Shown piece by piece: positions 27,206 to 32,000 of a stretch of DNA of 32,000 nt (the stretch's first letter is position 1; every line of letters begins with the position of its first letter). Source of the stretch: Methanococcus maripaludis (lineage in GTDB: Archaea > AGJL01 > Methanococci > Methanococcales > Methanococcaceae); contig NZ_CP026606.1 in NCBI RefSeq assembly GCF_002945325.1, forward strand, positions 1,440,001 through 1,472,000, given 5' to 3'. The position numbers were made by a program, and so were the translations under genes. The notes below the pieces were generated by a model that had not been told where the DNA came from, did not search any database, and worked only from the letters and a program-made list of their open reading frames with translations.

Positions 27206-28096
27206 ATGGATAATAATCTTGAATTTAGACCTTGGACGCAAAATAAGCGAAATTTAAAGCATTTAAATCAGTTAAAAGAAGATATTTTAAACAATTTTGA
27301 AGATTTGAATTTAAAAGATGAAAAAATAATTGTAATGCTCAGTGGTGGAAAAGATAGTGCCGTTTCACTTGCAATTGCAAAGGAACTTGGATTAAACGTT
27401 CATTTGTGTGTTCATTTTGTCCACAAATGGAGTTGGGATATTTCAACAAACGAAGCAAAAAAATTAGCAGATCGATTTAATGTACCGATAATATTTCCAG
27501 ATATTACTGAAGAACTGGCCAAAAAAACACAGGGTGCCAAAGGAAAAAGCATCTGCCGAATTTGTAAAACTATAATGAAAGCTCGAATGATAGATATTGC
27601 GAAAGTCGAGAATGCAAAAATAATAATGACTGGGGAAACTGCACTTGAAAAAATTGCAGGCCCTGTTTTTCAATATATCCGTGAAAATAATGCAAATGTT
27701 AAAAGAAAAGATGAATTTGAACTCTACAAAAAAATGGAGATTACAAAGGTTCCAAAAAGATACAAAATTCATTTTTTTAGGCCTTTAATTCGTGTTGGAC
27801 ATTTTGATGTATTTAATCTTCAAAAACACTACAAGATAGATATAAAACGTGTAAGCGAAGCCGGAAATAAAATCGGATACTGGAGAGAGGGGTGCTGTCT
27901 TCAGTACTGTACTCCAACTTGCGAACTGACAACTGAATTATTTGATGATTTATATAAAATAAATAAAAAAGCAACAGAAATTGCGCGAGATTGTGGATTT
28001 AGGGCATCAATTACCCTTCCAGCAAAAGAAATAACTGTAATTCCAGAAGAAGAAAAAAACTTTAAAAAGATCGAAGAACTTTTAAAAGAGATTTAA
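27206..28096 (+). CDS. PP-loop ATP pyrophosphatase (PAPS reductase/TtcA-like fold) with cysteine-rich C-terminal region
   Basis: VMLSGGKDSAVSLAIAKEL, CRICKTIM, and GCCLQYCTPTCELT. Confidence 0.75.
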   Translation: MDNNLEFRPWTQNKRNLKHLNQLKEDILNNFEDLNLKDEKIIVMLSGGKDSAVSLAIAKELGLNVHLCVHFVHKWSWDISTNEAKKLADRFNVPIIFPDITEELAKKTQGAKGKSICRICKTIMKARMIDIAKVENAKIIMTGETALEKIAGPVFQYIRENNANVKRKDEFELYKKMEITKVPKRYKIHFFRPLIRVGHFDVFNLQKHYKIDIKRVSEAGNKIGYWREGCCLQYCTPTCELTTELFDDLYKINKKATEIARDCGFRASITLPAKEITVIPEEEKNFKKIEELLKEI

Positions 28097-28116
28097 TTTT
28101 AAATTTTATTTTTAAT

Positions 28117-28569
28117 TTATTTTCTAAGTGTTGCAATAAGTCTTTTTTCATTTAAAAGCAGATTTATCGCATCTTTTATATTGTTAATCACGATATCTGA
28201 CTTTAAAAGTGCATTTGTTGATGCCCCTTCTTCCCCGATTATTAATATTCCAAGTTCACTTTTTTCAAGCATCATGCAGTCGTTATTTCCATTTCCAATT
28301 CCAATATATGGAGAATATTTTTCAGCAGCATTTACTTTTTCTATTTCGTTTTTAATCCTGTCAACTGCAATTGGAAGACCTTTGAATTCTTTTTCCAACG
28401 TTCCGTAAGTGTCTGCCGTAAGTACAACGAGTTTGTAAGTTTTTCCAAGTTCTTTTAAAAGTTCTTTTATTTTCTCACTTACAAGCCCATCGACTGCCAA
28501 AGTCCCGTTTAAATCAAACACAACTGTTTTAGAAGTTATTTTTCCGTAATTTGGAATATCAATAATAAT
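28117..28569 (-). CDS. HAD-superfamily 'soluble P-type ATPase'-like protein
   Basis: Motif I VVFDLNGTLAVDG, VVLTADTYG, YIGIGNGNNDCMMLEKS. The start was moved upstream of the track GTG (28521) because that start removes the beta-strand of motif I. Confidence 0.7.
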   Translation of the reverse strand: MIIDIPNYGKITSKTVVFDLNGTLAVDGLVSEKIKELLKELGKTYKLVVLTADTYGTLEKEFKGLPIAVDRIKNEIEKVNAAEKYSPYIGIGNGNNDCMMLEKSELGILIIGEEGASTNALLKSDIVINNIKDAINLLLNEKRLIATLRK

Positions 28570-28594
28570 ACCACCCTAAAAAGAAGAAAATTAA

Positions 28595-29653
28595 TTATTT
28601 AGCCAATTTTACGTATTCATTAAATGCTTCTCGAGTAGTTCCAACAACAACTCGTTTGTAAGTTTCTTTTCCATAAACTTCTTCTAGTTTTCCGCGAACA
28701 ATAATTTCTTCGCCATTATATGTGGATCCAGCATAAGTGTGGGTAAATGATACCACTTCTTCAATTTCAGATGCTAAAACTTCTGCATTATTTTCATTGT
28801 TTAAAATTTCGACATTTTCAACTTTGTACACGGCAGGATTATCAAAAACAAAGGTATCGTCTTTAACTTTTGCTTTAATCTGGATAAATCCTAAATTTTT
28901 GTATTTTTTATCCCCATAGTTTTCAGTTATTTCATCCCATTCTCTTGTTGCAAGTAAATCAAACATTACGCCATCAACAACGCCCCTGTTCAATTTTCTC
29001 TTTTCATGCCAAACAAACTCATCGTAAGTTAATGTTCCATCTTTTATTCTTTTTACATATGCTTTTTTCCAGAAATCTTCAGAAAGTGGTTCTAAAACGC
29101 CATCTTTAAAAGTAACGGATAGAATTTCTCTTGCAATTTTGTGTTTTTCCATCCCATAAATTACAAAATCAATGTCTGAATTTTCATTGTTTAGTTTTAA
29201 AACGGTTGAACCTGAAACTCCCATATTTTTATATTCAAGCCCGTAATCATGAAGCGTATCTGCTAATTTTGCACATTTTATTTCAGCTTCAGTATTTTGT
29301 TCATTTAAAACTTCTTCTAATCTTTTTTGGGGGCTCAGAATTTCTTTAATGTTATTTTTAGGAATTGCATGCAAAAGCACGTCGTTTATTTCATCATAAA
29401 ATAAATATTCTGGGTAGTATTCTTTTAAAATTGCGTAAGCTTTGCTACTATCTGCCACTTTTATGAATCTTTCCCCATTAAGTATTCTTATGTCGTTTTC
29501 ATCAAGATCATAGTCTTTTAAAAGATGATTTCCAATTTTATCGATATTTATGTATCTTAAAAAAGAAATAACTGAATTTTCTGGATGATAATAAGTATTT
29601 ACTGCAAAATAACCTTCATTAGTTTTTACAAAATCCCTGATACGAGTATCCAT
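28595..29653 (-). CDS. Predicted nucleotidyltransferase
   Basis: Pol-beta-type GVSGSTVLKLNNENSDIDFVIYG motif in a protein conserved in style with archaeal nucleotidyltransferases. Confidence 0.7.
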   Translation of the reverse strand: MDTRIRDFVKTNEGYFAVNTYYHPENSVISFLRYINIDKIGNHLLKDYDLDENDIRILNGERFIKVADSSKAYAILKEYYPEYLFYDEINDVLLHAIPKNNIKEILSPQKRLEEVLNEQNTEAEIKCAKLADTLHDYGLEYKNMGVSGSTVLKLNNENSDIDFVIYGMEKHKIAREILSVTFKDGVLEPLSEDFWKKAYVKRIKDGTLTYDEFVWHEKRKLNRGVVDGVMFDLLATREWDEITENYGDKKYKNLGFIQIKAKVKDDTFVFDNPAVYKVENVEILNNENNAEVLASEIEEVVSFTHTYAGSTYNGEEIIVRGKLEEVYGKETYKRVVVGTTREAFNEYVKLAK

Positions 29654-29725
29654 AATTTCACTTCTTAAAAATTAAAAGAATATGAGTTTATCATATATTT
29701 TATGGTACATATAATTCAATTTAAA

Positions 29726-30028
29726 TTATCCCTGTTTTAACCCAACTGCGGCCCCTGCTGCAAATCCTCCACCTAAAGATACAGAATGAATTAATCCAAC
29801 AGCTAAACTTCCATAAGACATCACTGCACCTTCTACATTTCCAACAAGACCAAATAATGCATCTACATTTATTGAAATAACCCCTAAATTACTCAGGTAA
29901 ATTAAACTGAATACATAAAGGCCCATTAACGCAATAACCACTTTTAGGGCTATTTTAATTCCCCAGCCAACAATAAATCCAGTTATAAATCCGGTTCCAA
30001 GGTCCGGAACAAATTGCAGTATGTCCAT
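29726..30028 (-). CDS. FUN14 family small membrane protein
   Basis: FITGFIVGWGIKIALKVVIALMGLYVFSLIYLSNLGVISINVDAL resembles the FUN14 signature; second hydrophobic segment GGGFAAGAAVGLKQG. Confidence 0.65.
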   Translation of the reverse strand: MDILQFVPDLGTGFITGFIVGWGIKIALKVVIALMGLYVFSLIYLSNLGVISINVDALFGLVGNVEGAVMSYGSLAVGLIHSVSLGGGFAAGAAVGLKQG

Positions 30029-30122
30029 GATTTATACCCTTTTTACGCTTTTATATTGATATTATTTATTCGTTAAACATTTTTTATATCTTTTTATTTG
30101 GGTTTTAAAAATTAAACGTTTT

Positions 30123-30770
30123 TTAAGACGCGGAAGTAATATTCATTTTAAATAAGCTGTTATTAATGTCACCAACAGGAATTCCATTTTCTAACACGTA
30201 AGTTCCAAGTAACAAGTCGTCATTTTCAATAATTGTTCGATTTATAATATTTTTACCTGCAATATCATCAATATTTTCCATGAAATATCTATTTTCGTTT
30301 AAATTTTCTGTAATTAGTTCAGCGTAATTATATTCTTCGCCAATTTCTATGAATATCCCATAATTTTTGTTATAGACAATAACGTCGTTATAATTAAGGG
30401 GTTTATTGTATTTAAGATCTGGTTTTTGAACGTAATCTGAATTTAAAAATATCATTCCATTTTTCGTTTGTATATTTTCATCTGCAAAAAGGCTTCCAAA
30501 TCTCCATAAAGGGGTTTTTACAGCTATTTTTGAATAGTTATTCTTATCAATGTACGCCCCATCAAATATTATAAAGAAATAGTCTGGAGTTTGATGTTCT
30601 GAAGTTTTATTTGTAACTAATTTTAGCATATCTTTATTTAAGTAGATAAATTCTGGATAAGGGCTATTTTCAACGATTTCAACAGAGCTGTAGTCGTTTC
30701 CGATACATCCTGAAAATGAGGTTAATAGTAATAATCCAAAGACTGAAAGTAAACTGGCTACTTTTTTCAA
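30123..30770 (-). CDS. Hypothetical lipoprotein
   Basis: N-terminal MKKVASLLSVFGLLLLTSFSGC lipobox. No other recognisable motif. Confidence 0.55.
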   Translation of the reverse strand: MKKVASLLSVFGLLLLTSFSGCIGNDYSSVEIVENSPYPEFIYLNKDMLKLVTNKTSEHQTPDYFFIIFDGAYIDKNNYSKIAVKTPLWRFGSLFADENIQTKNGMIFLNSDYVQKPDLKYNKPLNYNDVIVYNKNYGIFIEIGEEYNYAELITENLNENRYFMENIDDIAGKNIINRTIIENDDLLLGTYVLENGIPVGDINNSLFKMNITSAS

Positions 30771-30783
30771 AAGTATCTCCTCT

Positions 30784-31410
30784 TTAGTTTATAATGCAGA
30801 CCAAAAGGTAAGAATAATCATTTTCCATTAAATTTGATATTTTATCCGTAATTATTCTTTCGTTTGAATATGAAAGATTTTCAAGAACGGTTATTTCTTT
30901 TTCGTCCGAAATTCCATTTTCAATCAAGAATTTAAGGTCATTTTTTAAATTATTCGGTAAAAAAATCACTTTTTCATCATTTTTCACATAATCTAACAGC
31001 TTTTTTAAATTTTCTTCTTTTCCATGTATTGTTAAAATGTTATAATCTTCCCAAGATATTTTGGCTTTTGCAGCTGCCATTTGAATTGACGAAATTCCAG
31101 GGATCACTTCAAAATCTTCTTTTTTAATAAAATCAAATGAAGATATAGTTTTTAAAAGACCGCTGAAACACGGGTCCCCCGTTGAGAGTATCGAAACCTT
31201 TTCTTTAGGATTTGAATTTTTATAGTTTTTTAAAAATTCATAAAGTTCGTTTTTAAGATTTACCGTAAGTTCTATTTTTTTTCCGTTAGTTTCAAAGATT
31301 TCAAGGGACCTTTTACTTCCCAAAACAAAATCCGAAGTTTTAACTGTATCAACTGCTTTTTCTGTAACATAATCCCTGCTTCCAGGCCCAATTCCAACGA
31401 TATAAATCAC
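30784..31410 (-). CDS. cbiE: Cobalt-precorrin-7 C5-methyltransferase-like (tetrapyrrole methylase)
   Basis: IYIVGIGPGSRDYVT, VSILSTGDPCFSGLL, VIPGISSIQMAAAK, and IFLPNNLKNDLKFLIENG. Confidence 0.8.
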   Translation of the reverse strand: MIYIVGIGPGSRDYVTEKAVDTVKTSDFVLGSKRSLEIFETNGKKIELTVNLKNELYEFLKNYKNSNPKEKVSILSTGDPCFSGLLKTISSFDFIKKEDFEVIPGISSIQMAAAKAKISWEDYNILTIHGKEENLKKLLDYVKNDEKVIFLPNNLKNDLKFLIENGISDEKEITVLENLSYSNERIITDKISNLMENDYSYLLVCIIN

Positions 31411-31524
31411 TGTATCCCATTTATAATTTTTTTTGAAGAAAATTTAGCGAAACTATATTTAAAATGATATTTAATATAAGATTTAAAAACTATTAATCTT
31501 TCGAAAAAATTTTTCAGGAATATC

Positions 31525-32000
31525 ATGGATTTTGAAAAGTACGATGTGGTAATTGTCGGTGGCGGGCCTTGTGGATTTATTACTGGAGAGAATATTAAAA
31601 ATAAAAATGTTCTCGTTTTAGAGGAGCATCAGGAAATTGGGGTTCCATTTCAGTGTGCAGGGCTTTTAAGTAAAAAATGTATAAATGAACTGGGAAATCC
31701 TAAAGGTTCAGTAAATAAAGTTAGGGGGGCGCATATTTATTCAAAAAACAGTTCTATTACGGTTGGAAATGAAGAAATCAGGGCAGAAGTTTTTGAAAGA
31801 AAGGTAATGGATAAAGATATTGCCGTCAGGGCTTCTAAAAATGTGGATATTTTATTAAAATCGTACGGAAAAATTAAAAATTCAAACAATTTATCCAATC
31901 GCGATAAATGTATGCATAATTTGGAGATAATGCACATTGGGGACACTTTCGAAATATCTCCTGAAATAATTATCGGGGCTGACGGGATCAGGTCCACAAT
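31525..32000 (+). CDS. Geranylgeranyl reductase family protein (truncated at the right window edge)
   Basis: Read directly from sequence (not in the ORF track): MDFEKYDVVIVGGGPCGFITGENI, FQCAGLLSKKC, and IIIGADGIRST. No stop before position 32000. Confidence 0.8.
   Translation, partial: MDFEKYDVVIVGGGPCGFITGENIKNKNVLVLEEHQEIGVPFQCAGLLSKKCINELGNPKGSVNKVRGAHIYSKNSSITVGNEEIRAEVFERKVMDKDIAVRASKNVDILLKSYGKIKNSNNLSNRDKCMHNLEIMHIGDTFEISPEIIIGADGIRST

Noticed and set aside
28595-29653. CCA-adding enzyme annotation for the nucleotidyltransferase
   Set aside because: Only the generic GST...NSDIDFVI pol-beta signature is visible and the length and remaining sequence do not support a tRNA CCA transferase call.
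1-32000. CRISPR arrays, transposons, integrases, tRNA or rRNA genes
   Set aside because: No regularly spaced repeats, transposase motifs, terminal inverted repeats or cloverleaf-like sequences were seen; intergenic gaps are short and AT-rich.

Overview
The window looks like chromosomal DNA from an AT-rich methanogenic archaeon, with protein content typical of Methanococcus (M. maripaludis-like). It is densely coded and I see no mobile elements, CRISPR arrays, tRNAs or rRNAs. Recognisable content includes: a partial HerA-like ATPase, a YkgJ-like CxxC protein, a triple zinc-ribbon protein, a solitary NitT/TauT-type substrate-binding lipoprotein, an FAD disulfide-reductase-like enzyme, hemB, a NERD/zinc-ribbon protein, a virus-like uncharacterised protein, pheT, purM, a DUF89 protein, two CBS proteins and a PTPS/QueD-family protein. 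These are followed by the formylmethanofuran dehydrogenase operon (C, A, D, G, F plus an HTH-ferredoxin fusion gene, no B subunit), a ThiF/HesA-family protein and nadA. Next comes a dense group of sulfur-handling genes: SepCysS, a LarE-like protein, bioB, UPF0280, moaE, a ThiF/MoeB-like E1, fdhD and a PP-loop ATPase. The right end carries a HAD protein, a nucleotidyltransferase, a FUN14 protein, cbiE and a truncated geranylgeranyl reductase. The most interesting signals are: (1) a translationally coupled bioB-larE pair in which BioB has a non-E. coli cysteine pattern and LarE has the three-cysteine pattern; (2) FdhD lacking its usual CxxC and a ThiF/MoeB-like E1 lacking its catalytic Cys, in the same neighbourhood; (3) an HTH-ferredoxin fusion heading the fwd operon, with an inverted repeat upstream; (4) two genes that appear to start at ATT. 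All database-level statements are from memory and untested.
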